Source: an uncultured Rivularia sp.
GTDB lineage: Bacteria > Cyanobacteriota > Cyanobacteriia > Cyanobacteriales > Nostocaceae
Direction of reading: 5' to 3'
Assembly (NCBI GenBank): GCA_963665115.1
Contig: OY762007.1
Span: 6,912,001 to 6,976,000 of the forward strand
Length of the DNA: 64,000 nucleotides
Both the position numbers and the translations under genes were made by a program. Of this stretch, positions 1 through 11,259 are shown piece by piece. The stretch's first letter is position 1. Every line of letters starts with the position of its first letter. The notes under the pieces were generated by a model that was not told where the DNA came from, made no database searches, and saw nothing but the letters and a program-made list of their open reading frames with translations.

Positions 1-1546
1 ATTCATCTAAAAGTATGGCAGAAGAAACAATTGAACTGGGATTGATTGAACCGGGTACAGTTCCACTTACTTCAACAAATTCATTGGCATTAATAGTTAT
101 ATTACCCGCCTTACTTGACCCAACGATAGAAGAATCAACACGTCCACCATCTTGGACTGTTAATTTATCGGTATTGATAAGTAAAGTACCTGCATCACCT
201 TCAGCTAAACTTCCAGAACTAATTATACTGGCAAAAAAATCACTAGTGGTTCCAGTTACTTGAATAGATTTAGCGTCTATGGTTATATTGCCACTATTTC
301 CTTGAGAACGAGTAACGGATGAGACTCTAGCTCCGTTCCAAAGAGTTAAATTACCTGTAGAAATTCTGATATTTCCTGCTTTTTTATCGCCAAAAGTAGC
401 TGTGTCAATTTCACTCGTGTCGTCTGGATCTAATGGGTCGGGGGATTGCAGTTCAATCGATTCAGAAGCATTAATAATAATATTACTTCCAGGAGTAAGG
501 GAATTTAAACTCCGAATCCCTTCTCCACCCGATAATATTAAGCGTTTAGTAGAAATAGAAATATCTCCTACTGTACTAAATCCGCTCTCGGCAGTAATTG
601 CGCTATCATTAATTTCTATGGATTCAGCAGTATTAATATTAATACCATCTGATGGTTCCAATCCTCGATTTTGAATAATTATATTTGAGTCATTATGCAA
701 AAATACATTTTTTGCTTGTAAATTAATCTCACCACCAGGAGAAAGAGCATTAATAATTGCTTGGTCTAACTTTATATCTCCGAATTCTGATACTTTTTTA
801 TAATCAAATTTCCAACCTGAAGATGTGGAATTTAAATCAATAAATCCTTTTGTAACACTTGCTAATTGAATGTCTCCAGAATTGGTAGAAATCCTACTAC
901 CAGTCATGGTGATATTTCCACCGATTAAACCCAAAGTTTTTCCAGTTTTGACTTGTAAATTGGAATTGCTAGTTGCCAGCAGGGAAAAATCGCTTAATCT
1001 ATCCAAACTATAACCAGAACCATTAATTTGAATATTTCCCGGATTTTGTCCCATTTGCAAACCAATCGGAACGCTTACAGTTAATAAAGGTTTATTTTGA
1101 GGATTAACAGCACTAAATTCAAATTCATCTTTAAACAACAAACTTTCTGCGGTACTACCAAAAAACGAACCACCAATATCCAACCGAGCATTTTCATTAA
1201 ATGTAATTCCCGCAGGATTAATTAAAAATAAATTGGCATTACCAGACGCTTTAATTAATCCATCAATATTAGATATATTTCCACCAGTTACCCGATTAAT
1301 AATATTGACTACATCGGTAGAATTATTAAAAACAGCCGAACCACCCGTAGGAATAGAAAATTCTTGAAAACTATGAAATAAATTATTCCCTTTTTGAATA
1401 CCGTTGAGAATATTAAAACTATTTCCTGTTGAGTTAACAGTTGTATTGGTAGTATTATCTGATGTTACCTGAGAATTAGCTGGTAAAATGATTCCCAAAG
1501 TTAATAAAGCGCCGATAAATCCAGGTAGAAATGCAATTCCTTTCAT
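1..1546 (-). CDS. Filamentous haemagglutinin N-terminal (TPS) domain exoprotein, 5' part; runs off the window
   Basis: Hand translation from ATG at 1546: signal peptide MKGIAFLPGFIGALLTLGIILPANSQ, then GNNLFHSFQEFSIPTGG...NIINRVTGGNISNIDG...NLFLINPAGI, the TPS secretion-domain signature. Position 1 end is in the same frame. Absent from the ORF track because no stop lies in the window. Confidence 0.9.
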   Translation of the reverse strand, partial: MKGIAFLPGFIGALLTLGIILPANSQVTSDNTTNTTVNSTGNSFNILNGIQKGNNLFHSFQEFSIPTGGSAVFNNSTDVVNIINRVTGGNISNIDGLIKASGNANLFLINPAGITFNENARLDIGGSFFGSTAESLLFKDEFEFSAVNPQNKPLLTVSVPIGLQMGQNPGNIQINGSGYSLDRLSDFSLLATSNSNLQVKTGKTLGLIGGNITMTGSRISTNSGDIQLASVTKGFIDLNSTSSGWKFDYKKVSEFGDIKLDQAIINALSPGGEINLQAKNVFLHNDSNIIIQNRGLEPSDGININTAESIEINDSAITAESGFSTVGDISISTKRLILSGGEGIRSLNSLTPGSNIIINASESIELQSPDPLDPDDTSEIDTATFGDKKAGNIRISTGNLTLWNGARVSSVTRSQGNSGNITIDAKSIQVTGTTSDFFASIISSGSLAEGDAGTLLINTDKLTVQDGGRVDSSIVGSSKAGNITINANEFVEVSGTVPGSINPSSIVSSAILLDE

Positions 1547-1774
1547 GTTGTAACAATATTTCTATGTTCTGGAGTTATGGTTCCCTATTCTTTGTAACTA
1601 CTAACAGAACCTTTAAAATATCGTATGATTACGTATTTAAATCTCTGCATTTAGATACTTGTCTTATTCACAAAGGTATATTATAAGGAGCCACTAATTC
1701 AATTTATCCATTTTCATTACGAATAAAACCTGTAGCTTCAATAATCGCTAGTTTAAAGGATTTTTCTGGAGTTA

Positions 1775-2128
1775 GTAGGTTGGGTTAGACACGACAACCA
1801 ATTTTTTTGGTGAAAACAATCTATCTCCATCGTCTCGTAACCCAACACAAAAATTGCGTACAAGTATTATTGTCTGAAGCAAGAATATTTAATAAATCGA
1901 TAAGGTAAGCTGATGTGCAGCTAAATTATATAATGTGTTAGCGCAGCGTGTCCGAAGGACATAAAAATGAAAACATTGTAGTGCGTTAGCGCAGCGTGTC
2001 CGCCAGGACAAGCATCTTGCACGAAGGGTATTATACAAATTAAGTGCGTAACAGCTTAATGTTGGGTTACGACGCAAATATAATTTTTCGTGAAAACTAT
2101 ACTTTTTTGTGCCTCGAACCCAACCTAC
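1775..2128. repeat. Inverted pair of GTAG-type REP-like palindromes (1775-1847 +, 2060-2128 -) enclosing two small dispersed repeats (1935-1961, 1983-2010)
   Basis: GTAGGTTGGGTT...GTAACCCAACA arms. Inner GTTAGCGCAGCGTGTCCG..GGACA occurs twice, with a reverse-complement relative at 4322-4350. Confidence 0.75.
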
Positions 2129-2152
2129 AAACTACCAATTACCCAATTCCCA

Positions 2153-3145
2153 CTAACTCTTCCCACTACCAATCAAATACAGTAAAGCCATCCTCACCGC
2201 AACTCCGCTCGTCACCTGATTCTGTATCAAACTAAATTCTGGATCGTCCATCAAATCTGAACTAATTTCAACACCCCTATTTACTGGCCCCGGATGCAAT
2301 ACTTTGACATTATCGTTGCAGTTTCGCAACTTATCTCGCGTGATTCCAAATAATTGATGATATTCCCGCAAGGAAGGCAATAAATGCTCTGTCATGCGTT
2401 CCTTTTGCAATCTTAATGTCATGACAAAATCAGCATCCTGCAAAGCTGGTTCTAATTCCCAATGTACGAATAGTTTACCAGGTCTATCTTTACCGTAATC
2501 TGCAAATAATTTTGGTAAAAGCGTGGGTGGTGCTACTAAATGTAGCTCTGCGTCGGTAGCTGCGGTAAGACTCCAAATATTTGACCTGGCAACCCGAGAA
2601 TGCAGAATATCTCCCACAATGGCAATTTTTTTACCCTGCAAAAGTTCTAACCGGGGTTTCTCTCGATCGAGCAAACTACAGATAGTAAACAAATCTAATA
2701 GCCCTTGAGAAGGATGTTCGTGCTGCCCGTCACCAGCATTTAGCACGCTGACTTTTACACCCAAACGGTCCATTTCTGTTGCGATCGCGTTTGGTACTCC
2801 TGCTTCTCGATGACGCACCACCATGATGTCGGTGCCCATCGCTAAATAAGTTTTGGCTGTATCTAAAATTGTTTCTCCCTTTGTCATCGAAGAACTTGCT
2901 GCGGAGAAGTTCAACGTATCTGCACTCAAGCGTTTTGCAGCGAGTTCAAAACTACTGCGAGTCCGAGTTGATGGTTCAAAAAACAAATTCGCCACCACTT
3001 GCCCCTGCAAAGTAGGTACTTTTTTCATCCGCCGCGTTAGCACTTCCTGAAAACTAGCAGCAGTCTGTAAAACTGCGTTGTATTCAGTAGCGGAGAAATC
3101 AGCTAGGGAAAGAACGTGATGACGAGTCCAGGTGGTAGTAGGCAT
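2153..3145 (-). CDS. pyrB: Aspartate carbamoyltransferase catalytic subunit
   Basis: [21 protein letters not shown] and HPGPVNRG motifs. Confidence 0.97.
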   Translation of the reverse strand: MPTTTWTRHHVLSLADFSATEYNAVLQTAASFQEVLTRRMKKVPTLQGQVVANLFFEPSTRTRSSFELAAKRLSADTLNFSAASSSMTKGETILDTAKTYLAMGTDIMVVRHREAGVPNAIATEMDRLGVKVSVLNAGDGQHEHPSQGLLDLFTICSLLDREKPRLELLQGKKIAIVGDILHSRVARSNIWSLTAATDAELHLVAPPTLLPKLFADYGKDRPGKLFVHWELEPALQDADFVMTLRLQKERMTEHLLPSLREYHQLFGITRDKLRNCNDNVKVLHPGPVNRGVEISSDLMDDPEFSLIQNQVTSGVAVRMALLYLIGSGKS

Positions 3146-3461
3146 AGATTTTTATCGACTCTGGCGTGCTTATTATTGCACGAGCGATGATGTCTCTACA
3201 GTTACTTAGTTTAAGTGTGCAGAGCAAATCATACCACCAAGTTGGATTTTTAACTATTAAGGATGAGAGTGGGAAGAGGGGGAAGAGGGGGGAGAGGGGG
3301 GAGAAAAAAAGGAATTTTTATAAGTAATCGTAGCTATCACGTTAGAAGTAATTAAGGTTCGTAGTGCAAGCCTCTCGCTTCTTTGTGATCGATTTGGTAA
3401 GTAGAATCTCTTCTATTCCTATTCCCTATTCCCCATTCCCTATTCCCTATTCGCTACTTAC

Positions 3462-3779
3462 CTAAAGATTCTTTTTAACTGCGTCGGCAAATTCTTCATA
3501 AGGTTTAACACCGACAATATTTTCTACTAACTCGCCGTTTTTGAAAATTAAAACCGCAGGAATGCTGCGAACTTCGTATTTTTTAGCTAGCGGTTTATCT
3601 TTATCTACGTCTATTTTTACTACTTTAATATCTTCATGCTCTTGCGCTAATTGTTCAACCAAAGGTGCAACCACACGACAAGGACCGCACCAACTTGCAC
3701 TAAAATCAACAACAAGTAGATTTTCCGATTTCAAAAGTGTCTCGAATTCGGTTTGTTGGACTTGAGTTACTGTACTCAT
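3462..3779 (-). CDS. Thioredoxin
   Basis: WCGPC active site, 105 aa. Confidence 0.95.
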   Translation of the reverse strand: MSTVTQVQQTEFETLLKSENLLVVDFSASWCGPCRVVAPLVEQLAQEHEDIKVVKIDVDKDKPLAKKYEVRSIPAVLIFKNGELVENIVGVKPYEEFADAVKKNL

Positions 3780-3814
3780 AATTTTTGCTATATTTTACTA
3801 ATTTTTACAAAATT

Positions 3815-3842
3815 ACCCTATTAGACATCGAATCGATGTCAA
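3815..3842 (-). promoter_or_regulatory. Putative thioredoxin promoter (TTGACA-16-TAGGGT) overlapped by a perfect 8-1-8 palindrome
   Basis: GACATCGA-A-TCGATGTC at 3824-3840; -35 at 3842-3837 and -10-like at 3820-3815 on the minus strand. Confidence 0.55.
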
Positions 3843-4016
3843 TAATAAAAGCGGTTTCCTAATTCTGAATTGATGTTATCGAATTCGGCATTCACCAATT
3901 TTAAGCGATAACGGTCAAGTTATGAACAGCGAACAGTTATCAATGACCAGTAAATACAGGATTGGTGATAAGCGCTGTTTAGTCTATCCTTAATTTCAAT
4001 AATATTATTTATATAT

Positions 4017-4158
4017 GGCGTTGCTGAATACAGATATGAATTTATTTTACTATCCAAGTTGCGCCCCCTAAATCCCCCAATATTGGGGGACTTTAAAATA
4101 TATTTCTACCCCATAATTGGGGGTTGGGGGGCTATTCATATTTTGAATCAGCAACGCC
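4017..4158. mobile_element. MITE (~142 bp) with ~25-bp imperfect terminal inverted repeats
   Basis: Left GGCGTTGCTGAATACAGATATGAAT; right end reverse-complemented GGCGTTGCTGATTCAAAATATGAAT; TA-rich flanks; internal CCCCCAATATTGGGGG hairpins. Confidence 0.75.
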
Positions 4159-4359
4159 TTATATATTTTATTAGGTTTAAATTTAATTCTAAGGGTAATT
4201 AAGGTTCGTAGTCAGGGCTTTAGCCCTTAATCAGATAGCTAAAGTCCGGAGCTACGAACCTATTAAAATAAATATGGCGAAGTACTAAATGATAACTGTT
4301 CACTGTTCACTGATAATTGTATGTCCCTTCGGGACACGCTTCGCTAATGCTGCTAACTC

Positions 4360-5721
4360 TTAAGAGAATACTTGCAAAGCGAAGGAAATTAAAGATAAAA
4401 ATGTCATAAAGCCAACTGCGTCTAAAGTTGTGGTCATTAAAGGACCGCTAATTAATGCTGGGTCTAGGTTTAAGCGTTTTAAGCCCATTGGTAATACTGT
4501 TCCTAGAGTTACGGCTATCATGACGTTTACTGCCATCACGCTTCCAGCTACAAATGATACCCATCGTTCATCAGGTGGCGACCACATCATTGATAATGTT
4601 GTTAAGGCTAAACCCAATCCCACAGCAGTTCCTAAACCTGCGGTTAACTCTTTTCGCAGTAAAGCCATTGTATCTTTAGGAGTTACTTCTCCTAATCCCA
4701 ATCCCCGTACTGTCACTGATAGAACCTGAAAAGCTACGTTGCCGCTACTGTTAGCCAGGATAGGCATAATTATTGCCAAAACCGGGACTACTTTAATCAC
4801 TTCTTGGAAAGGTGCGATCGCGCTAGCAGCAGCAATATATAAACCGATGTTTCCCAACAGCCAGGGTAAACGTTTGCGAAGAGTTACTTTAGGGGAACAC
4901 AAAGCACTTTCCTCACCACCAGTTACCCCTGCAAGTTTTTGAATCTCTTCGGTAGCTTCTTCGTCAATAATATCTACTACGTCATCAATGGTAACAATAC
5001 CAACGAGTCTGTCTTCTTTATCAACTACAGGTAAAGCGATTAAATCGTAACGCTTGATGATTTTAGCTACTTCCCGCTGGGGAGTATCTGTAGTAGTTCT
5101 AATAACTTTGGCAGATGCAATATCTCTCAATAAAGCGTCAGGATAAGAAAACAGCAATTGTCGCAGCGATACAACGCTAACTAATTTGCGGTTGTTATCG
5201 GTGACGTAGGCATAATAAATAGTTTCTTTATCTTCGTCTTGACAGCGGATTTTATTGAGAACTTCTCTGACTGTCAATCCTTCTTGCAACCGCACGTATT
5301 CAGTAGTCATTACTCTTCCTGCGGTACCTTCTGGATAACCGAGAATCGTTGCAGTAACTTGTCTTTCTTGGGGACTCAAAGACTGTAATAACCGTTTGAC
5401 AACCTTTGCGGGTAGTTCGTCGAATAATTCTGCACGTTCGTCAGGACTCATCGCTTCGAGGATTTGCGCTACCTGTACGTCATGCAGAGAATTTATTAAT
5501 TGTTCTTGAACTTCCGGAGGTAAATATTCAAATACGTCGATTGCTCTATTTTTATTAAGTAAACGAAAGGCGATCGCACGCTGTTTTCTTGATAAATTGG
5601 TGATGTAGTCTCCTACATCTACGGCTGGTAAATGGTTCAAATCCCATTTGAGTTCATTTAAATCTGTAACGCCGAAATTAGCAATGTTAATTGAACAATT
5701 GCGAACATCTTGAATAAGCAT
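4360..5721 (-). CDS. mgtE: Magnesium transporter MgtE
   Basis: MgtE N-domain, YPEGTAGRVMT CBS pair, RLPWL, DPALISGPLMTTTLD membrane domain. Confidence 0.95.
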   Translation of the reverse strand: MLIQDVRNCSINIANFGVTDLNELKWDLNHLPAVDVGDYITNLSRKQRAIAFRLLNKNRAIDVFEYLPPEVQEQLINSLHDVQVAQILEAMSPDERAELFDELPAKVVKRLLQSLSPQERQVTATILGYPEGTAGRVMTTEYVRLQEGLTVREVLNKIRCQDEDKETIYYAYVTDNNRKLVSVVSLRQLLFSYPDALLRDIASAKVIRTTTDTPQREVAKIIKRYDLIALPVVDKEDRLVGIVTIDDVVDIIDEEATEEIQKLAGVTGGEESALCSPKVTLRKRLPWLLGNIGLYIAAASAIAPFQEVIKVVPVLAIIMPILANSSGNVAFQVLSVTVRGLGLGEVTPKDTMALLRKELTAGLGTAVGLGLALTTLSMMWSPPDERWVSFVAGSVMAVNVMIAVTLGTVLPMGLKRLNLDPALISGPLMTTTLDAVGFMTFLSLISFALQVFS

Positions 5722-5808
5722 ATTTCCTCCTTTTATCTCCCCCGCGCTGAGAGATAAACTCTACAGCTAGAGGAGGATGGTACTACCGTCTTCCGGACTT
5801 CTGTCCAT
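5722..5808 (-). promoter_or_regulatory. Candidate mgtE leader: uORF MDRSPEDGSTILL (5808-5767) plus anti-SD/SD hairpin
   Basis: Minus strand: ATGGACAGAAGTCCG...ATCCTCCTCTAG ctgtagag TTTATCTC-loop-GAGATAAA AGGAGGAAATATG. TCCTCCT in the last uORF codons is complementary to the AGGAGGA SD. Confidence 0.6.
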
Positions 5809-6731
5809 AAATTTTTAAAAAATCAACATCGATTACCTATGAAGGCATCGCTAAGTCATAATACTAACCCGGAACTGTGTAATCCGGTAGATGCTGAGCT
5901 TCAGTATTATTTTTGTGTGATATTACGCACTACCGAATGTCTCTATGCCCTGATTTTCATTCCAATAGAGTAGATTTTACTACTATCGGCATCTATGTCA
6001 AGGTAATATTTAAATCTCCCTGACAATTTGAAGTGTCAAATTATTAACATTGTAGCAAGTATTTTTTATTTTAAGCAGTCAAATAAAAATCAGTACTATC
6101 ACATATATAAAGTCTCTGTTTTCCCAGTTAATAAGCCTGTGCAGATGGCATTCAATGTAGATCGGACGCAGTTAAATTATCTAAGAAAACTACTGTCAAA
6201 TTTTCAAGAACCTATTCGCGAGCGGCACTATCTTTGCGGCGTTAAAATTTACAGTAACTTAACAATAGTCTTTTATCCGGTAGGTTCTCATATATTATTA
6301 AGACTTTATTGTCAATATTTACATCTTGGTTAAAGCGAGCATCTAATTAGAGTAAAAAAGACAAATAATTTATCGCAGCAAACAGCTTGATAATAATAGA
6401 CTTTTTGCGGAGAATATTAGGAACTTTTAGCATTAAGATTGGTTATAAGGAATTTAAATGAAGCATAAAAAGTAAGTTTTAGATGTTTTATATTGTACGG
6501 ATTTGATAATTTGGAAAAGAATAGCAGTCTTTACTGTTTGGCAAACTGTAAGGTTGAAAAAATCTTTTTGTATTTCATAGAAAGTTAGGAGAGCGATATT
6601 GCAACTCTTGTTAATTAAAGTTTGCCATATCGCCATAGCAGCGATTGCAGAAGTAGAGCGATAAACCTTCTATAATTCACTTTACGACTATTAGATAAAA
6701 TCAAACCTGCTAAAAGTTATAGAAGTTGATT

Positions 6732-9700
6732 ATGTTTAGAACTCTAGAGTTACTTAAGCGCCTAGAATATTACGATAGGCAAGTTAAGACGATTATTCTT
6801 TCCCGTCAAAACCCGATTACTGGCTTGCTCCCGGCTTCAACGGCGATAACCGCTCACGGAGACTATACCGATGCTTGGGTACGCGATAATGTTTACAGTA
6901 TTTTAGCGGTTTGGGGATTAGCGTTAGCTTATCGCAAAGTTGATGAAGATAAGGGGACGCACTTACGAATTAGAACACAGTGTTATCAAGTTAATGCGAG
7001 GATTGTTATTCTCGATGATGCGACAGGCGGGTAAAGTCGAAAAATTCAAGCAGACTCAATCGCCTTTGGATGCCTTACACGCCAAGTACAATACTGCAAC
7101 TGGGGATATTGTTGTTGGTGATGATGAATGGGGACATTTGCAGCTTGATGCGACATCTATATATTTGCTGATGTTGGCGCAAATGACAGCTTCGGGAGTG
7201 CAGTTAGTTTACACTTTGGATGAAGTAGACTTTGTGCAAAACCTGGTTTACTATATCGGACGAGCTTACCGCACCCCAGATTACGGAATTTGGGAACGGG
7301 GTAATAAAATTAATCATGGTAATGCAGAATTAAATTCTAGTTCGGTGGGTATGGCGAAAGCTGCCTTAGAAGCAATTAATGGACTAGATTTATTTGGGGT
7401 ACATGGAAGTAAAGCATCGGTAATTCACGTATTGCCAGATGAAATCGCCCGCGCTCGCATTACCTTAGAGTATTTATTACCTAGAGAATCCGCTTCTAAA
7501 GAAATTGATGCAGCATTGTTGAGCGTAATTAGTTTTCCGGCGTTTGCTGTGGAAGATGAAAGTTTACGTCAGCGCACTTTAGATGAGATTGTGAATAAGT
7601 TAGAAGGTAATTATGGTTGCAAGCGATTTTTACGCGACGGGCATCAAACGGTTTTAGAAGATAGTCAGCGCTTGCATTACGAACCCAGCGAGTTGAAGCA
7701 ATTTGAACATATCGAATGTGAATGGCCGTTATTTTTTACTTATTTATATTTAGATGCACTATTTCGCGGCGAGCAGGATAGAATCAAGCATTATCAGCAA
7801 AGTTTAGAATATACCTTAGTCGAACGCGATAATATGCGTTTGCTACCAGAAGTTTATTACGTACCAGAAGAGAATATTGAAGCCGAGAAGCAAGCACCCG
7901 GAACTCAAAAACGTTTACCCAACGAAAACGTTCCTTTAGTATGGGCGCAAAGTTTGTATTTTCTCGGACAAATGTTGAGCGAAAAATTGCTTTCGGTAGG
8001 AGATATTGACCCTTTAGGGAGATATTTATCTGTAGGAAGACAGCGACAACCGATAGTACAAATTGCTTTATTAGCCGAAGATGAAGACTTGCAGGCTAAA
8101 TTAGCAGTTCGCGGAATTGAAACGCAAACCTTATCACAAATAAAACCAATTCAAGTAAGGCAAGCAGCAGATTTAATTGCAATTTACAAAGGAATTGGAT
8201 GTAACGAAAAACTTGGTTTAACAGGAAGACCACCAAGAATGCCCAGAAGTTTAACTACTTCGAGAATTTTCCGTATTGGTAATGAAAATGTTGTATTTCT
8301 ACCTTCCTTCTTAGATTCAGAGCAGTTTTACTTAACCTTAGATTATCACTTTCTTGTAGCTCAACTTAAAAGTGAATTAGCTTATACAGAAAAATACTGG
8401 AGCGATTTAGGTCGTCCGACATTAACTTTAATGCTAACTCGCACCATGTTAGAAACGGGCAGTGAAGCATTATTATCATTAATAAAAGAATTGAAAGAAG
8501 GTGTATGTAACGGCGTGCGGGTAAAATTGGGAAGATTAAATCAGTTAATGCTTACCGCCAATATTCAAACAGTTAACGTACAGCCAAACTTTGAGTTTCA
8601 GAAATCACCAGTTACAAAAATTGTTCCTCGCAGTTCCTATTTACTTTATAATCCAGAAAACAACTGGTTATTAGAACATACCCAAGAATTCCAAATGGAA
8701 TGCGAAACCAACTTAGAATTCTTGCTTGATTCCTTGCGCTCCTCCGATAATCTTTACGAACAAATCGAATTATTGCAGACATTAACCCGGTTGCAGGGAC
8801 TTGATTTTGATACCGGCTTTGGCGAACCTGGTAATATAACAGTATCGAATTTACTCGACGAAGTTTACTACAAAGCAGGTGAAATCGGACTTTGGGCGGT
8901 TGTGCGTCGTGCTGCCGGATTGCTACAAATGGCAGATATGCGCTTATCGGATATAGTCACCAGCCTTTTAGCACGCGGTAAGCAAATAGCAGTTGGTAGA
9001 GCTTACAACGAAGCATCCTTGATAACCGTACCGCTTTCCCACAAAGAAATAGTCGAGAAAATCAAAAACTTCTGCCGCGAAGACGTGAGAGACGGAGTTT
9101 TAACTCAAGAAATTCTCATTTATTTGCGTACATTAATCAATTCCGAGCCAGAAATATTTCAAGGATTACTTACCTTGAGAATCGGCAATATCATTTTATT
9201 TATTATCAGTAAAATCGCCAGAGAATTAGATATTACTCAAGATGAAGCCTACGAAAATTTAATGCAGCGATCGCCCTTTGAAGTAAAAACGCGATTGAAA
9301 GACTGTTTATTAGAATATTCCGGCATGAATCAGTTGCTGCGTCAGCAAGAATCATTACACGTCAAGCAGAAAGAAAACGAAATCGACTGGATATTAAAGC
9401 CAGTTAGTTTAGAAACAATAGATGTACCCACAGGAGGTTGGCGAAGATATCGGCAAGCAGAAGGAGCCATCAACCGCGTACCAGAAGACTTTTTCGAGGA
9501 AGTTTGGGAATTAATGCACCACTGCAAAGGCTTAATAATCGGCGATAAATTAGAACGTCGCAACCGCTTAGACAGCAAAACACTGATATCAGAAATGACA
9601 GCAGGAGAAAAGAACTTTGCCTTAAGAGTAGAGCATTTGTTAAACAAAATCGAAGCTCCAGAATACCGCCAAGCCAACGTCGAAGCATTAATGGAACTCG

Positions 9701-9963
9701 CGGCGATCGGCAAAAATAATCCAGAATTAGAAATCCGCGAATATATAGTTTTAGATGTATTAATTGGTCATGCCGTGCGATTAAATTGGTTAAATAATCA
9801 ACCACAAAGAAAAGATAAATACGACGAAGACAAAGCCGCAGCATGGCGATATTTTTACAATACTTCTCCCCAAGAATGCGCCAAGAATATTGTTAAAGCC
9901 TTTAGATTCTTAATAGAATTTGGCGATGAATTCGCAGTTAGTGAAGTGGAAGTAGAAGTTTAA
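6732..9963 (+). CDS. Glycoside hydrolase family 15 / phosphorylase kinase alpha-beta-like protein; +1 frameshift at 6953-6956, probably a sequencing error
   Basis: [60 protein letters not shown] motifs. Removing one G joins the two ORFs as [12 protein letters not shown]. Confidence 0.88.
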
Positions 9964-10043
9964 TTGTTAATTGGTTGACTGGTTCCTAGTCTCCGGCTGG
10001 GAACCTCCTAAAAAAGGCTCTGCCTTCAAAGATATGTGAAAAT

Positions 10044-10326
10044 ACGGGCAGGGATGCCCGTACCACAAGAGTTTTCATACATTAGATTCAGATTGTAGGG
10101 TGTGTTAGACGCACGATTAATTATTAAATAAACGATAATTGAGAAAATCGTCTAACGCACCATCCGAGATTAGTTTTAATCATATCTGGCGATTCAAATC
10201 GCAGCTACACAAGCAAAGTCTATCTTCGTAGACTAAATTTTTGATTGTAGGGTGTGCTAGACGCACGATTAATTATCAAATAAACGATAATTGAGGAAAT
10301 CGTCTAACGCACCATCCGAGATTAGT
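10044..10326. repeat. REP-like cluster: hairpin 10044-10069, near-identical long-loop REPs 10095-10161 and 10247-10313, and a GTAG repeat at 10184-10236
   Basis: GTAGGGTGTGYTAGACGCACGAT...ATCGTCTAACGCACC duplicated as an ~80-bp direct repeat. Confidence 0.8.
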
Positions 10327-10373
10327 TAATAAATGCTTATTTAAAAAAATATAATTTATTGGACAGATAAGTT

Positions 10374-10787
10374 ATGAATGGAGACGAATTTTTCGAGCGT
10401 TACGAAGCGGGAGAGCGAGATTTTAGTGGTCTTGACTTGAGTGGAATTGATTTGGAAGAAATGGTTTTGGAAAACCTCAACTTGAGTGGAGCCAACCTTA
10501 GCGACGCTAATGTATGCGAGGCGGTTTTAGATGATGTCGATTTGAGCAGAGCTGACCTTAGCGGAGCCAACTTCAGCCAAGCGGGTTTGCGAGATGTCAA
10601 TTTGACTGGAGCTATTCTCACTGATACCTTTTTCGGAGAACCCTGCTTCACAAGAGTTGATTTGACTGGAGTTGACCTTAGTGAAGCTAATATCTTGTGG
10701 ATTGAACATAAAAATAGAATCAAAAAAGTTACTTTGTGTAACACTTTGATGCCTGATGGGACTATCAGAAACGACCACTGTACTTAA
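10374..10787 (+). CDS. Pentapeptide repeat protein
   Basis: RYEAGERDFSG start, A(D/N)LxX repeats (ANLSD, ADLSG, ANFSQ), C-terminal TLMPDG. Confidence 0.92.
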   Translation: MNGDEFFERYEAGERDFSGLDLSGIDLEEMVLENLNLSGANLSDANVCEAVLDDVDLSRADLSGANFSQAGLRDVNLTGAILTDTFFGEPCFTRVDLTGVDLSEANILWIEHKNRIKKVTLCNTLMPDGTIRNDHCT

Positions 10788-10805
10788 ATTATTATTTCTT
10801 AGTTC

Positions 10806-11259
10806 GTAGTTTGGGTTGAGGAACGAAACCCAACTAAATAATTCAACTCACAATAATATTAAACACCCAACGAAATAAATCGCTTCATCTATAAATGTAT
10901 GTTGGGTGATTCATATGAAATCAAAAGGTTGATGTTAGGTTACGACGCAATATAAATTAATTGCTTAATTATTAAATCTTGCGGTGCGTCTAACCCAACC
11001 TACTGGCTAAACACCCAACAAAACAACTCGCTTCATTCAAAAATGAATATTGGGTAATTCATATCAAATCAAAAGGTTGATGTTGGGTTACGACGCAATA
11101 TAAATTAATTACTTAATCATTAAATCTTGCGGTGCGTCTAACCCAACCTACCAGGTATTTATTTAATCGAATTTAAAATAACAAATAACTCTTGGTGCGT
11201 GACGCTATGACAAACATTGTAATTATCCATAACAAATTATAAAGCGTCACACACCCTAC
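10806..11259. repeat. REP cluster including a 148-bp tandem duplication (10860-11003, 11008-11151)
   Basis: Two diverged copies of TAAACACCCAAC...GCGTCTAACCCAACCTAC, a short REP at 10806-10834 and a long-loop REP at 11194-11259. Confidence 0.8.

Noticed and set aside
15..674. Plus-strand ORFs 15-263 and 402-674 and the many other antisense ORFs in the track
   Set aside because: They are shadows of well-supported genes on the opposite strand, with no motifs of their own.
5722..5990. M-box (ykoK) Mg2+ riboswitch
   Set aside because: I could not find the M-box consensus segments; the structure fits a uORF with anti-SD better. An Infernal scan would settle it.
10089..11151. Possible CRISPR array
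   Set aside because: Only two copies per unit, the intervening sequences are duplicated rather than unique, the repeats are long REP-like palindromes, and no cas genes are present.
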